From Octopus vulgaris (lineage: Eukaryota): DNA of 64,000 nucleotides. Shown in pieces: positions 1 through 13,409 of this stretch. Where the stretch lies: NCBI GenBank assembly GCA_951406725.2, contig OX597815.1, forward strand, positions 153,946,001-154,010,000, read 5' to 3'. The position numbers and the translations under genes were made by a program. The notes under the pieces were generated by a model. That model worked only from the letters and a program-made list of their open reading frames with translations, did no database searches and was not told the DNA's origin. Each line of letters starts with the position of its first letter. The stretch's first letter is position 1.

Positions 1-45
<45 letters not shown>

Positions 46-534
46 TTGTGTGTCTGTGTTTGTCCCCCTAGCATTGCTTGACAACCGATGCTGGTGTGTT
101 TACGTCCCCGTCACTTAGCGTTTCGGCAAAAGAGACCGATAGAATAAGTCCCGGGGTCGATTTGCTCGACTAAAGGCGGTGCTCCAGCATGGCCTCAGTC
201 AAATGACTGAAACAAGTAAAAGAGAAAGAGAATAGAGAAATGATGTAACTCTCGAATGTCCAGTCCTTTATTTGTAAACAACGTTCGAACAATGCAGGCT
301 GTAGATGGTCACTAAAAGTGCCAAATAAAACAAACAAACAAACAAACAAAAAAGACAACTAATTATCCATTGATTTATGACCCTATTAGATAATGTATTC
401 TTAGATTCCCTTGAACGAACGGTATGGTTATATTGTCATAATTTTGACCACAGCTCTACCCGATCAGAGCCGAACTGGGAGTAAGCAAAATGTGCAACAA
501 CAACAAAAACAACAACAGTTTTACTTTGTGAAGG

Positions 535-960
535 CGAAGACTGTTACAAAGGAAGAAAGAAACGAACTACCACACCTGAACGAGGCACGAAATAGCGAAA
601 GAAAGAGGCTACCAACTCTAAGAGGAACTGAAAGAGGAAAACTGTGTAAAGTATTGAAAAAGATGGACAGACTGTTCACAAAAATCTACATCGAACATAT
701 AACAGATCTAAACGGCCTTATATACTGCGCAGCCGCTGTCACTGTGCAAATTCTTGATGTGAAAAGTCAAAGAAAAGCAATGGAAAAAGTTCCATGGTGG
801 AATCGAAGGCTTGAGAACGAGAATAAACAGATCTAGAGAGATCTTGGACGGATAAATGCAATCATAGAAAGAAGGGCAAAGGTAAGACGGAGGAACGATA
901 TGCAATAAAATACGTCAGACAGAAAGGACGACAAATAGTTAAAAAAGAACTAAAACAAAA
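535..960 (+). mobile_element. Decayed fragment of an RLE-type non-LTR retrotransposon (R4/Dong-like), region upstream of RT
   Basis: Translation LNGLIYCAAAV...PWWNRRLENENKQI*RDLGRIN resembles the conserved pre-RT P.W.RRLE..I..LR.DL.R segment. Contains in-frame stops. Confidence 0.55.
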
Positions 961-1121
961 TAAAAATCAAGCTGTATATATGTATATATATATAGGTATT
1001 TTGAGTGTCTGTTTTACCATTTATTTTCCTGTTCTTATTGGATAGTATGGGAAGCATGTTTTGTTTTATATATCAATATTATTATTATTATTATATTATT
1101 ATAACTTTGTAGTTATGTATA

Positions 1122-1252
1122 TCCTCTGACGAGGCCTTTGGTTATTTAAACAGACAAATATAATCTTTAATGCCTAAGACAATACTACAATGGCATATAT
1201 GAGCAATTTAAGGTGTATTGCTCTTGACCATAGGCTGAAACAGCTGTAAGGA
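1122..1252 (+). ncRNA. Type I hammerhead ribozyme with long branched stem II and palindromic stem III (GUA site, predicted cut after 1248)
   Basis: TCCT-CTGACGA-GGCCTTTGGTTA...TGACCATAGGCT-GAAAC-AGCT-GTA-AGGA. Stem II pairs at 11 of 12 positions including G-U pairs. Confidence 0.75.
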
Positions 1253-1594
1253 GCAGTTTATTTGTATTACTTTTATTTTATTATTAACTTGCATATTGAT
1301 GTATATTGTTTTGTTCGATTTTCATGTTTCTATTTGTATAATTAATAAATAATATGAAATTGTAATATCCGTAAGTTGGTGATCGAAATGAATTTGTTCC
1401 TCCATTTTCTTATTTGTATTATGAATTTACGGTAAAATATTTTTTACCTTCACCCATTCAATACAACAAATGATTTAATTGCATTGCAATTATAAGCATT
1501 TATGTATTTAGTTTCTGGGTACTTCACCAGCAGTATATTGGATAACTTATATCCCATAGTGGGTTACCCTCATAACCCCTATCTTACTTTGTAC

Positions 1595-1652
<58 letters not shown>

Positions 1653-1682
1653 ATATATATAGGATGTACATTTTTTATGCAG

Positions 1683-1789
1683 CTTTTCAACAGATATTTA
1701 CCATTAGCAATGAAGAATCTTGGCAAACATGAACAAATATCTGATGACTCTGAAAATGAAAATTTCGAAAAAGCTTTGCGGTTGTATAT
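1683..1789 (+). CDS. Villin/advillin/gelsolin-family gene, exon 1 of 13 in window (G2-G3 linker): LFNRYLPLAMKNLGKHEQISDDSENENFEKALRLY(I)
   Basis: ttttttatgcAG acceptor and AT|GTGAGT donor. The 107-nt frame is open and joins the next exon in phase to give LRLYICCDEDGVLKV, the typical start of gelsolin repeat 3. Confidence 0.8.
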
Positions 1790-2226
1790 GTGAGTAAAGA
1801 CTTTATTTATTTGTCCATTCAATGTATTGACAGTTGAAACGAATTCTCAAACATGTCATAGCTATTTTTAAAACGATTTAGCTACCTGAATGTCTTTCGA
1901 TGTCAATGCTGTAATCGTCTTGCGAATAAGTAATAAAAATTTACCATAAGTGAGAATTAAGTTATGGAACAAAAACAACAACAAAACAACAACAACAACA
2001 ATAATAATAATAATAATAAAAAATTGGTTACAGCAAATATTCTGCTCAATACCACAGATTTGCTTGTCAGGTGCATCTCTGACCACGAGCAGAAGTAGTG
2101 GGGGAGCATCATAGCCGTGTGCTGAAAGGAATTCTTGGAGGTTTGGATAATTCACCCTAGGAAACATGGGTGGTTCGTTCAACGTCCTTAAACAATCCTT
2201 ATTGTGTGTGTGTGTGTGCACGCACG

Positions 2227-2258
<32 letters not shown>

Positions 2259-2629
2259 CACTACCGTCAGAAATTAATTAGCACCCTTGATTTGCTCTTC
2301 ACTCAAGGTATGTGCTGTCACCTAGTGGCCATATCTCGAACTATTGCTTTGTTGCGAGTTCACTGTTGCGCAGAACGATGACGTAACTTTGTTCGCAGAG
2401 CAGTTTGAGAGTCTACAGCCTTATGATGTTGACATAGCAGTGCAACAACAACTTGGAGTGCGGATGCAGACAAATTCCTTTGTTTAATAGATATAGGTAG
2501 CGCCTCGCAAGGACCGAAATCACACCATACTAAGTTTTCTCATCGCGTAAGACGTTTTGAACAGCTCATAAGTTAATTGATTTAACCTATTTAATGTAGA
2601 AATTTGAGAAGTGCTAATTAATTTCTGAC
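2259..2629. mobile_element. Tc1/mariner-type MITE
   Basis: Inverted repeats GTCAGAAATTAATTAGCAC (2266-2284) and GTGCTAATTAATTTCTGAC (2611-2629). The left end follows TA; the right end runs into (CA)n. Confidence 0.6.
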
Positions 2630-3751
2630 ACACACACATATGACAGGTTTATTTCAGTTTCCATCTTTCATATCCACTCACAGGACTTTGGTCGGCCCTA
2701 GGCTATTGTAGAAAATACTTTTCCAATGTGCTACGCAGTGGAACTGAACCCGGAACCATGTTGTTTCGAACGAAGCTTCTTACCACACAGCCACGACTAT
2801 GTATGTATGTATGTATGTATGTATGTATGTATGTATGTATGTATGTATGTATGTATGTATGTATGTATGTATGTATATAGTGCTTTGTTCAAGCTTCCAG
2901 CTGAAACGGTGTGTGATTGAGTGATTGGACCTATTGGTTGTGGCGTACTTTGAAGTGGTTTAGTTTCTCCGCATAATTTTTTGTGGTATATGTGTAGCTC
3001 TATATAAAGACACTTGGAATGCGTATTATGGATAGTTTAGCAACTGGCTACGTTTTCGGTCAGATGGATGCTTGATATAAACTGAGCATGAAATCTTGAA
3101 GTAATATCACTAAAGGACAAGTATTTTAGATGTATTTCACGCAATGCTTTTAGAGGAAAGGAAAAATAGAACGAAAGAAGGAGGGGGAGAGAGTGGGATG
3201 GAGAGAGAGAGAGAGAGATGGAGAGTGAGAGAAAGAGAGCAAGAGAAATAGCTTGGAGAAATAGATATAGGGGCAAATAAAGATTTTGTTGGCTTTCAGC
3301 GTCTCATATTCCATTGAGTTATATTCTAACACGAATAAGTATGGAATCGCTTACCTACTCTTGTTGAAACTATTCAGAAACCTTAGAACATTCTTTGTTC
3401 CATTGCAAAATTGCTGTTCGAGAGAGAGAGGATATATAAAAAATAGTCTCAGGTAATTTACCAGGGCTGTAGATGTAATTTATTTTGAAGGATCTACCAA
3501 TCATAAATAAGATCTTCAAATCTGAAGAGGCTAGAAAATGAAATGAAAGAAACGTCTAGCTGTTCTTTATCCACATTTCTTCTTTCTTATCCTTCGATTT
3601 AGTTTTTTTGTTTTTGTCTCTTCTGATGTATAATAAGAACTATATACCTTTCTCTGTGTGCCATGGTTTACCATTTATCCTAGGATGTTTAAATTCTATA
3701 CATAAATAAATAGATGTTTAATTTTTAAATATTTTACTTTATTTACCGTAG

Positions 3752-3830
3752 ATGCTGTGATGAAGATGGTGTTTTAAAAGTAACAGAGCTAAAGAATGGT
3801 CCTCTGTCTTATTCAGATTTGCAATCAAAG
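3752..3830 (+). CDS. Villin-like exon 2 (G3): CCDEDGVLKVTELKNGPLSYSDLQSK
   Basis: ccgtAG acceptor, AAG|GTAATA donor. Matches the villin/gelsolin G3 pattern (SD..G.L.V.EV...PL...DL). Confidence 0.9.
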
Positions 3831-5982
3831 GTAATAAATGAAAAACAAAACATGAATGCAAAAATTCATTAACAGTTATAATGTGAAACACGTGAAATAT
3901 TTATTCCTGCTCATCCCAATACATAATTAGAAAAAATATTTGACTTAACATGAATGAAAAAATGTCGCCTAATAGAAGCAAGATGAAATTTTCTGCACTT
4001 ATACAGTCAGTATATAAATGTATTTGGAATTATATTATGTTGCTATTCATTTAGGTGCTTTTAACACTTAATTTCATTTCTATTTCTTTTTGTAATTGAC
4101 TTCATTTTTCTCGTAATATGTTGCTCTGCCTGCATAAGGCATATTGAATATAACACAACAAAATGACTTAAGTTGAATATAAATGATGATCAGCTATATA
4201 AGTTTCCCAATATATGAAAGAAAAAATTAGGAAAGAAAAAAGAATAAATATTAATGATTGTTTTTTTTTTATCTGACTTAACTTTGATATATACTTCGAT
4301 CTTTGTACCTCCAATAATTTCTGAGATAACAGGTTGGACACTTTAGCAAATAATCAAAGAAAGGATCAGCTCAGAACTGTTGTGCTAGTAGTTTTTGTAC
4401 CATTTTGTGAGAATAAATGTTGTGGTATACAAAAGTAGTTTGCCATATATCTTGTTTTTGAAAAAAATATTTATTTATGTAATAAGAAAAGATGTGTGTC
4501 ACTGCCATTATTTTGTAGTACTGAATGAAATCGCTGTATCGACATAAAAAATGACCTAAGCAATATAATTCTAAAGTACTTTTTACAGTAAAACTATTCA
4601 ATACTTGCTGGCTCACATCACCTGGTCATAAACAGGTACCGTATGGCTGAGTATTTTACTATACTAACAACCATGATTACCCTTTTATTGACGAATGCTT
4701 CGTATTATTGAGCTCAAGATTTCGTATTAACCCAGTAAAGGGATGAGAACATTTTACAGAATTCTTCAGAATTCTGCAGAACTCTCCTCTGAAGATTGTA
4801 CAGACATTTCATCGATAGAATCACAAATAGTTGCTCACAATTTGATAGGGATGCTTATTTTATTTACATCATCCTTTTCCGATCACTTTGAAAAATCTGT
4901 CTGATATCAATCAATTCCAGACACAATATGTTATATTCGAAAACTTGCCTTTGTATTTTACTAACTCATACATATGATATTTTATGTTTATATTTTGAGT
5001 AAAAGATTAAATGAAACCCTCCTATATTTCATCGCAATACTTTCCCTTCAAAGGACTCAGTACGAAACGCCAGAACTCACGTCTCATGATACATGAATCC
5101 TATTAACATTAAATTTTTAGTTCCGATGTAAACTGTTACTAGTTTATTCCAGATTCTCCATTTTCTCTTCTCCTGTTAGATTAAAAGATCGGATATTGCC
5201 AGTATCAATAATGTCACTCAGCTGCACAAACCCTTAATAAATAGAAAATATACAGTTCAATATACAGCTCTCGCTCCAAGATTTGCGATCGATTGTTCGG
5301 CTAAAATGATTAATCAAACATTTTACTAAAAAGTGAGATGAAGACATTTGTGTTAACAGATAATTTACTGCTAGTTTCGAATCTCACATTTATGAATTCA
5401 ACTATCACTTGAACTTGATATTAAATTTCATCCTCGTATTATTGATTAAATAAGAACCAAGTTCACTGCGAAAAATATAACGTAACTGTAAACCTATTCC
5501 ATCCTTATTATTTCGTTTACATGAATGACAGTATATTCATCTACAAGAAAAGAATAAATTAATGTGTGCTGTTGCGTATAAGGTTTTAATATTAAAAGAG
5601 TTACGAGATACTTGTTTTAATGCACATGTCCAGCTGATTTACAGCTAGAATGCAGAACCTGCCTGTATATATTGACACCTCCATGTTTTTCACACACATG
5701 ATACAATGTATGATAAATGATTTTTCAGTTTCCTTTTATTTAGATGTAATTTTTGAAGGAGTAGTATAAGATGAACGAATCTCACATATTGACAAACACG
5801 CAAACACAAAAACACGCACATATATAGACACATATATTACACAACTGAAAATTGTACCACCCTGGTTTCAAGATTGGTTACTTAGCAGTTTGAAACTTCG
5901 TTCAGCTGTGAAATCTATATTTGCACGAAAAGAAAACAATAACTGTAAAGCCGTCAATATTTTTACTATTCAATTCATACAG

Positions 5983-6078
5983 GATATGTATATAATCGTA
6001 AGTGAAGATCACGTATGGATTTGGGTTGGACGCTTAGTACCGAAAACAGCACGTCGAGAAGCAATGAATAACGCTGTT
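5983..6078 (+). CDS. Villin-like exon 3 (G3): DMYIIVSEDHVWIWVGRLVPKTARREAMNNAV
   Basis: catacAG acceptor, GTGAGT donor, 96 nt phase 0-0. D.YI...W.W.G...R.EAM gelsolin-repeat pattern. Confidence 0.92.
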
Positions 6079-7148
6079 GTGAGTAAAACTAGCTTTTATA
6101 TTTCCACTCAATGAAAATATTAAAAAACGAAATATTTAACATGTTCTCTTCTGTTGTTTCACACCAATAAACACAATCATTGTTTCTGTGACACACCTGT
6201 GCTTTTAGTGGCATATAGGACTACTTTATGGAAACATGCCTTTCACCTTTTTAAAGGAGTAGGATGGGTAGGAGGATGATTGGTTGTTATTTCTAGCAAG
6301 TAGATCGACCACATGTATACTTCATCTGTATATTTCTGACCAATAAGCATTTCTGAGATTGAGAGCCGAGATGATACTGCGTCGCCCGAAGAGTTCACGC
6401 TTCGTATCTCATCTTTGATTAGGTCCCTTATGACTTATATTCGTGAGAAAGAATATCGTTGATCGCTCGTGACTGAATTCATGACCAACGACGCAATCAA
6501 GATTCACAGCACTGTTGAAAGAATGCTAAACGCTAGCCTTTTGAAAGCTTGTATTCTATCCACCTTGATCGTTCCATTCCAATCTTCCGAGAATTTTTTT
6601 GTTTTAATTGCTTAAATCAAGCGAGAAATTTTTGCAGAGTTTCCGAGACTTGATTAGGAATGGAGAATTATCCTCCGAACGAAGATTTAAGATTTAATCT
6701 GAACGATTGTAACATAGTGGACTCTGCTAATGTCACCCAAGCGTGTTATATTAGATCGGACGACCGATTAAGCATATCGCTTTTGTGCCATGTGCAAACA
6801 GCCGTTATAAAAATATCTATTTCAAATACTAACACGATTTGTATCAAGTGTTTGCTTTAAGAAAACATGTACAGATGGATTAGACATCGTATAACGATTG
6901 TTTTCATACTGTTGGGTCAGTGGAGATCTCCGTTTCGATGGACAGTCAAGTTTGCATTGTTTCTAAGAAAACAGTCATAGTAACCTCTACAAGTAATTTG
7001 AAAACTGGTTTGCTTGTTTTCCCGAGAAAAATATTAAGTGTCGTAATATTACTCTCATTCGAATTATAAATTCCAGTTGCTTAAAATTTTAGATACAAAA
7101 CTGGAAATGATTATCGTTGTGACTGACATGTAAAATGTTCATTTTCAG

Positions 7149-7284
7149 GGTTTTTCTAAAAAGAAGAATGCAGATTTATGTCAAGTAATTCGAGTCATTG
7201 AAAATGAGGAAACTGAAGATTTCAAGTATTTATTTCATAATTGGCCGGAACCATCTCGGAGAGGAAACTCAAAAATTAAGATAG
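7149..7284 (+). CDS. Villin-like exon 4 (G3 end, G3-G4 linker): GFSKKKNADLCQVIRVIENEETEDFKYLFHNWPEPSRRGNSKIKI
   Basis: ttttcAG acceptor, G|GTATAT donor. V.RV.E..E...FK.LF..W motif ends G3. Confidence 0.92.
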
Positions 7285-7488
7285 GTATATTGTTATTATT
7301 TAAAAGAATTACTTAAATTACTTAACATAGACGACAGAACCAGAACATTTATGTGTGCTGGGGGTATATTTCTATGGTTTATGTTGATCACGTACATAAG
7401 AGTATCATTTCAACGACATCGAAAGAAGGAAAAGTAAAATTAGTTTAGGTATAAATTCAGAATCCATTTTGTCCGTGTCTATCAACCA

Positions 7489-7703
7489 GAGCTGGCAGAA
7501 ACGTTAGCACGCCGGGCGAAATACTTAGCGGTATTTCGTTGTAAGTTCAAATTCCGCCGAGGTTGACTTTGCCTTTCATCTTTTCGGGGTCGATAAACTA
7601 AGTACCAGTTCCGCACTGGGGTCGATGTAATCGACTCAATACCTATGTCTGTCCTTGTTTGTCCCCTCTATGTTTAGCCCCTTGTGGGTAATAAAGAAAT
7701 AGG
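7489..7703 (+). mobile_element. tRNA-derived SINE family A with 9-bp TSD
   Basis: GAGCTGGCAGAA..GTTCAAATTCC (A/B-box-like). TATCAACCA is duplicated at 7480-7488 and 7704-7712. Confidence 0.85.
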
Positions 7704-8140
7704 TATCAACCATTCTGTCAAAATATACAGTTATATAGGAGAGTGTAAGTAAACCTTGATTGAGGACACACAGTCACAATCAACTTGAATCCAGAGAGCT
7801 ACATTGTACCATATTATTCAATATAGCATTTCCGGTATCATTTGAAGGAGGTGTGTGGGCTATTTCTAGTTGACAATTGCTCACGTTGTTCTTAAATGAT
7901 TAAATGGTTAGGACAGCTAATAAACTGCAGATGGTTAAAATAATGCAAAAGCATACTTGGAATTCTATCCAGAGTTGTTAAAAGAATAGAGATCAAACGA
8001 TTAATCAAACAGTCAATTAGTTAATTAGTTAGATAGTTAACCAAGTGGAAAGAGAAATAAAGTACAATAAAACCAATGCATGTAATGTCTCTTCCGAAAT
8101 AAAAAAAAAAGTAATTTAACATAGATTGATATTTTCAAAT

Positions 8141-8543
8141 AGCGGCAGTGTGGTAAGTAGCCTGCTTACCAACCACATAGTGCCGGGTTCCGTTCCACTG
8201 CGTGGAAACTTGGGCAAGTGTCTTCTACTCTATCCTCGGGCCGACCAAAGCCTTGTGAGTGGATTTGGTAGATGGAAACTGGAAGAAGCCCGTCGTATAT
8301 GTATTTATATATGTATATGTATGTGTGTATATATTTGTGTGTCTGTGTTTGTCCCCCCCAACATCGCTTGACAACTGCTGCTGGAGTGTTTACGCCCCCG
8401 TAACTTAGCGGTTCGGCAAAAGAGGCCGATAAAATACGTACTAGCCTTACAACGAATAAGCTCTGGGGTCGATTTGCTCGACTAAAGGCGATGCTCCAGC
8501 ATAGCCGCAGTCAAATGACTGAAACAAGTAAAAATAAAAGAGT
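8141..8543 (+). mobile_element. SINE family B copy
   Basis: Colinear with 37836-38267. Confidence 0.85.
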
Positions 8544-9012
8544 ATATTTTTCTATTACATATTTGATATATTCTTTTAAGTTATATTCCCCAGCATATTT
8601 TATTACAGAATCGCATTTTAATGCTCCGTATAATAACTATATAAAACATAAATATATATAAGAAATATATGATATATTTGTCTAGTGTTGGACATGCAGA
8701 TATGCAGATAACATTTTGGAATTATGTAATTTCTAATACAGCTATAACAAAACTAGGATAAAATTTTATCAATATATTATTTAAATGATATGCCAAAAAG
8801 TGAGTTAACGAATTCTTTATATGAATAGATATATCTAAGTTAATTTCTCTTTCATTCTGCAGAGAGTTAATTTATCATTGGACTTAGAATATGATATATG
8901 TATTCAACCACAAGGGACATATATGAAAATATAAAAAAATGAGAAAAACAGCATAACTCTTTTGATTATCTTTTACATATAGCTTGAATATTTATCTATC
9001 TAGCCAGCTCTC

Positions 9013-9089
<77 letters not shown>

Positions 9090-9247
9090 GTATACATGTA
9101 TATATATATATATGCGTGTATATATATATATATATATTATTGTGATAATTTTAATAAAATGTTGAATAGCGAAGCATTTTCACTACTAATGAAATAAACA
9201 ATAAAAAAGTTAATATTATTTGGTTCATAGTCAAAAACGTATTGCAG

Positions 9248-9298
<51 letters not shown>

Positions 9299-9362
9299 TA
9301 TATATAATATATATATAACAATGATAAATCTCAGAGCGAGTTATAAACAGTAGCAGTAACAC

Positions 9363-9530
9363 ATCGTGACGTATATTTGCCATTTGAATATGGCTAACCT
9401 CTTTGCAAATACTGATAGGGCACAGAAAGTGTGTCTATAGCCAGCTGGAGGAGTTGTCCTCCTGGGGCTACAAACTACAGTAGCATCCACGCTTAGGGGT
9501 TAGCCATATTCAAATGGCAAATATACATCA

Positions 9531-9534
<4 letters not shown>
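9363..9534. mobile_element. 172-bp MITE/fold-back element with ~37-bp terminal inverted repeats
   Basis: ATCGTGACGTATATTTGCCATTTGAATATGGCTAACC ... GGTTAGCCATATTCAAATGGCAAATATACATCACGAT (one mismatch). Confidence 0.7.
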
Positions 9535-9568
<34 letters not shown>

Positions 9569-10753
9569 TTCCCCGTCCATCCGTAAACTTACGAGTACAT
9601 ACGCCTTCATACACCTTCACTTCATATTGTGTTTTTTTAAAAAATAATACCGCTCCCTTGCTAATTTCTGTGATTCGGCTCAAAAAGCAATTTGAATACC
9701 AACAGTGAAATAACCGTGCTCAAATTCCCACTTCCTCTCATTCCCTTATATTTTCTTCTTTCTTCCCTTCTTCCTTGATTTATATACTCCTCTCACACTG
9801 TGCTCTCTACACATTCTGATTGAATCTTCCTTGAGTCAACATGTACCTCCTTACGACATTGCAACCTTTAATCTTATCAAGATATTCTTGGCCCGAAGAG
9901 TAGCCGGCGGTATACACCTCACTTGGATTTTACCACTTCTGAGGTTCCGCTCGCTATGATACATATGTAACTCGGATCTTACCTACTCCATTCCGTAACT
10001 CTTGTACTCTTTTTTGCTCACCTGGTAACGCTGATGCCTACCGTGGAATATAAAAAGATTCTTTTTCAGCTTGTCGGTCTTCAGTGCGAAAATAATCCAC
10101 AACCTTCTGTCTCAATAAACCGCTATTGTCCCCGAAAGTTGCATTTAAAAAAAAATATTTACTAGATTTCTTGAAGCAATATATATATTAACTACAGTAC
10201 GTTTATGACTTTCCCAAGCGCATAACAAATTTCTACAGAGAGGCTCTAATTAGAAGCCTAAATCAGTTTGCAGGGTAGATGCTGCCAAAAATTATAAGCA
10301 GTGATGATAATACAAAATAAAAATCATTTCTAATATAGACGCATTGTAGGAAAGGCCAAATCTCTTATTCCAACTTTAGTAAATGAGTGGTATATATTTT
10401 GTAGAATCTCGAGTGATGAAGGGCAAAATCGACAGCAGACCCCGATTAGTGCAGTTAATTTGTTGCGAATTAAATAAATATTCTAAAAGTTCAGGAACTT
10501 TGTGAGTATTTAGCGTGAATATTTTTAAATGAATTATTTTTACCTCTAGTTATTATGAACCAAATAAACTATTAAATGTTTTTATTGTTTACCTCATTGG
10601 TAGTGAAAATGCTTTCACTATTCAATATATTATTAAAACTACAACGATAACGGGCATTACAGAAGTATGACTTTTAACTCATAAATCACTTTGAGATATT
10701 TCTCTGGCACGAAATGTTGCAGCTGCTATCATTCAATGGTTATATACTCATTA

Positions 10754-10996
10754 AAAATATTTGAAGGCGGCGAGCTGGCAGAAATGTTAGCACACCGGGC
10801 GAAATGCTTTGCGGTATTTCGCCTGCCGCTACGTTCTGAGTTCAAATTCCGCCGAGGTCGATTTTGCCTTTCATTCTATTGGGGTCGATAAAAAAAGTAC
10901 CAGTTACGCACTGGAGTCGATATAATCGACTTAATCCGTTTGTCGGTCCTTGTTTGTCCCCTCTGTGTTTAGCCCCTTGTGGGTAGTAAAGAAATA
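10754..10996 (+). mobile_element. SINE family A with 13-bp TSD
   Basis: Full-length copy. TATATACTCATTA at 10741-10753 and 10997-11009. Confidence 0.85.
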
Positions 10997-11066
10997 TATA
11001 TACTCATTATAAATGTTATACACACCCGTATTTTAATGTAAAGCTGTTTCAAGGGAGGGTATATTA

Positions 11067-13333
11067 CCGTACTTTTGGTGTATAAAAAGCACATTTATAT
11101 ATATATTGACTTGTATACATATCTTGAAAAAGGCAAAATAAAAGCAGCAAATTGAAAAAAATAACTTTGTGTTTATTTGACTTAACTGTATTAAAGGAGT
11201 GTTGCTGATAGCTGCAATATTTTGGGCAGTAGCATTTTCGTCGCTCCAATTTGTTGGTTATTGATTTTTTAAATATAAGATATCGCACCAAGTTATTTCC
11301 TTAGATTAAAAATACCTCTTAAAGATTCTTGAGAACAATTCATGCATCACCGAGGTAACTTTTTCAAGGTTAACATCTGGAACCCTGTTTTCGGCTTATA
11401 AGCCAGCATATGTGTATATGATATACACAGGCCCTATATAAATATATTTAGATAAGACTGCTTAGTACAGTTAATTTGAATGTATCATAGCACCAGTAGC
11501 ATATTTTTAAAAACGTAACTCCTTATAATACTCACGAAAAATATAAAAAATATCATTATACTAATGGAAGAGAGTGAACGAACTTGTCACGGTGATTGCT
11601 GTTTAATGTGCAATAAAAAAGGCCGTTTTCGTTACTGAGAATTGCAGCCCAACTTTTTTAACAAATAAAATACAGATTTTTAGTGTGCGGTTGATCATTG
11701 AAAGTGCTTAATGCGTTTAGCGTTGGCAATCACCTGGCTGGTTATTCAACTTTTAAACGATACTCGACGATCAGGCACGTGTTTACCGTCAAGGTGGAAG
11801 CGTAACCAAAAGCTGAAGAATTGAATTTTAGGTATTTTAGGAAATAGATTCTTAATTTTTCATTTCCTTTTTTCACCCCCTTACGATGTGTAAGGGAAAA
11901 GACTGTCATACAGCACTAAATTCAAATTTTGTGTAATCAATTACGCAAAAAAAACAGCAAAAAACATGGCAATGGAGTGACCGAAAGGCATTTTGTTTTT
12001 TCAACAGAAAAAAGGGTTTTTGTTGGCTCGATCAAGCAGAAAAGTTGAAAAGGATTAAAAGTGATAAATGTAATTTACAGAGATAAGCGGAAAGTAAAAG
12101 GGCAAGATATCGAAAAAAAATTATTGTGGATCATAAAAGCAAGAACTATGTTTCTACAAATATGATAATTTTTGAAGCAATGCATGTGATAATAGTTTAG
12201 AAGATTTTACGTTAGCAGTTTATAAAAAGCAAAGACTTAGCTATGGGAACCAAAACGGAATTTGCTCAAAGAATGCCCCATAGTTATGAAAATATGTGCT
12301 TTTTATAAGTATATCATACAGTTAAGAAAAGAAGGTTTATTTGAACTCTTTCAAATAGCAACCATGGATGAAATTCCATTAACATTTGATGTTCCAAACA
12401 ATTGAACAACTGATATAAATGTTTACTAAACGTATTGTTATGAAGATTATTGGATATGGAAAGTAGCAGTATACACTGGTATTAGCATGATATGGCGATG
12501 GGACAAAATTACCACCTGTGTTCATTTTTAAAAGGAAAACCACTTCCCCCACCACCCAATTTAATCAGTGGGGTTTACTTTCACGTACGTGAAAATTGAT
12601 GGATAGAAATGCAGCTTGGTTTGAATAAAGATTTGGCCGAAGCATCCAGGGAATTTATTAAAAGTGCTTTCTCTCCTCGTCTGAGATTAGTTTAGAGGTC
12701 ATTAAACTGAAAAAAATAAAATACAAGGATAATAAGTTAAAAACACAACTGGCTATTATACTCGGTGATTTAACAAGTCAACTGTTTCAATGATTCTACT
12801 AACAAATCCTTTAAATCTTTAATAAGAGAAGGATGGAACAACTAGTTGCATAAGGGAGATTATACTACAATCCTTACTGGACAAAGAAAAAGACAAACGC
12901 TTTCTCATGAGAGATTGTAGACGAAGAATTCGTGGGAAAAATGAGTGATATAGTGATTAAATCATTTACGAAATGTGGTATCAATAACGCAATGGATAGA
13001 ACCGAGATTGACATTTTATATGACCATTACATTGGATTCAAAGATGAAGTGCTTTAATCCTTTCAAGCACAAATGAAAGCTATGAGGATCTTGTAGATTC
13101 TGAAACAAACTAAATGACAGTAAATCTTTTTATTCAAATTTTTGGCTCTTTTTAATTTTGACGTTTTCAGCTCTTTTGTGTTTAAAACAATATACTCATT
13201 TTTAAAGTATCTGATTGAATTTCTGTTAAAGAAATATCTTTCTAATACCACTGTAGCTCCTTTCTCCAAAACTTTGCTGCTAAAATAAGATAATAGTTTT
13301 AAGACAGTGCATCTTATAATACGAAAAGTACGG
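11067..13333 (+). mobile_element. Full-length but decayed pogo-family DNA transposon (POGK-like: Brinker-type DBD plus DDE_1)
   Basis: TA-CCGTACTTTT...AAAAGTACGG-TA imperfect TIRs with TA TSD. Frameshifted transposase motifs at ~11885-13050: KRLSYSTKFKFCVINYAK, MDEIPLTFDVPNN, KLPPVFIFKRK, LAIILGDLTSQL, NKSFKS, VIKSFTKCGINNAMD. Confidence 0.85.
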
Positions 13334-13409
13334 TAATTTAAGAAGAATAATATATTTTAAGGAATTAATTTTATTCGAAAAATATTTTCGAAGAGTAAAT
13401 TTAACTTGT

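Noticed and set aside
1741-1756. CTGATGA-CTCT-GAAA hammerhead-like string
   Set aside because: It lies inside a coding exon (SDDSEN) and has no stem II pairing or stem III/NUH.
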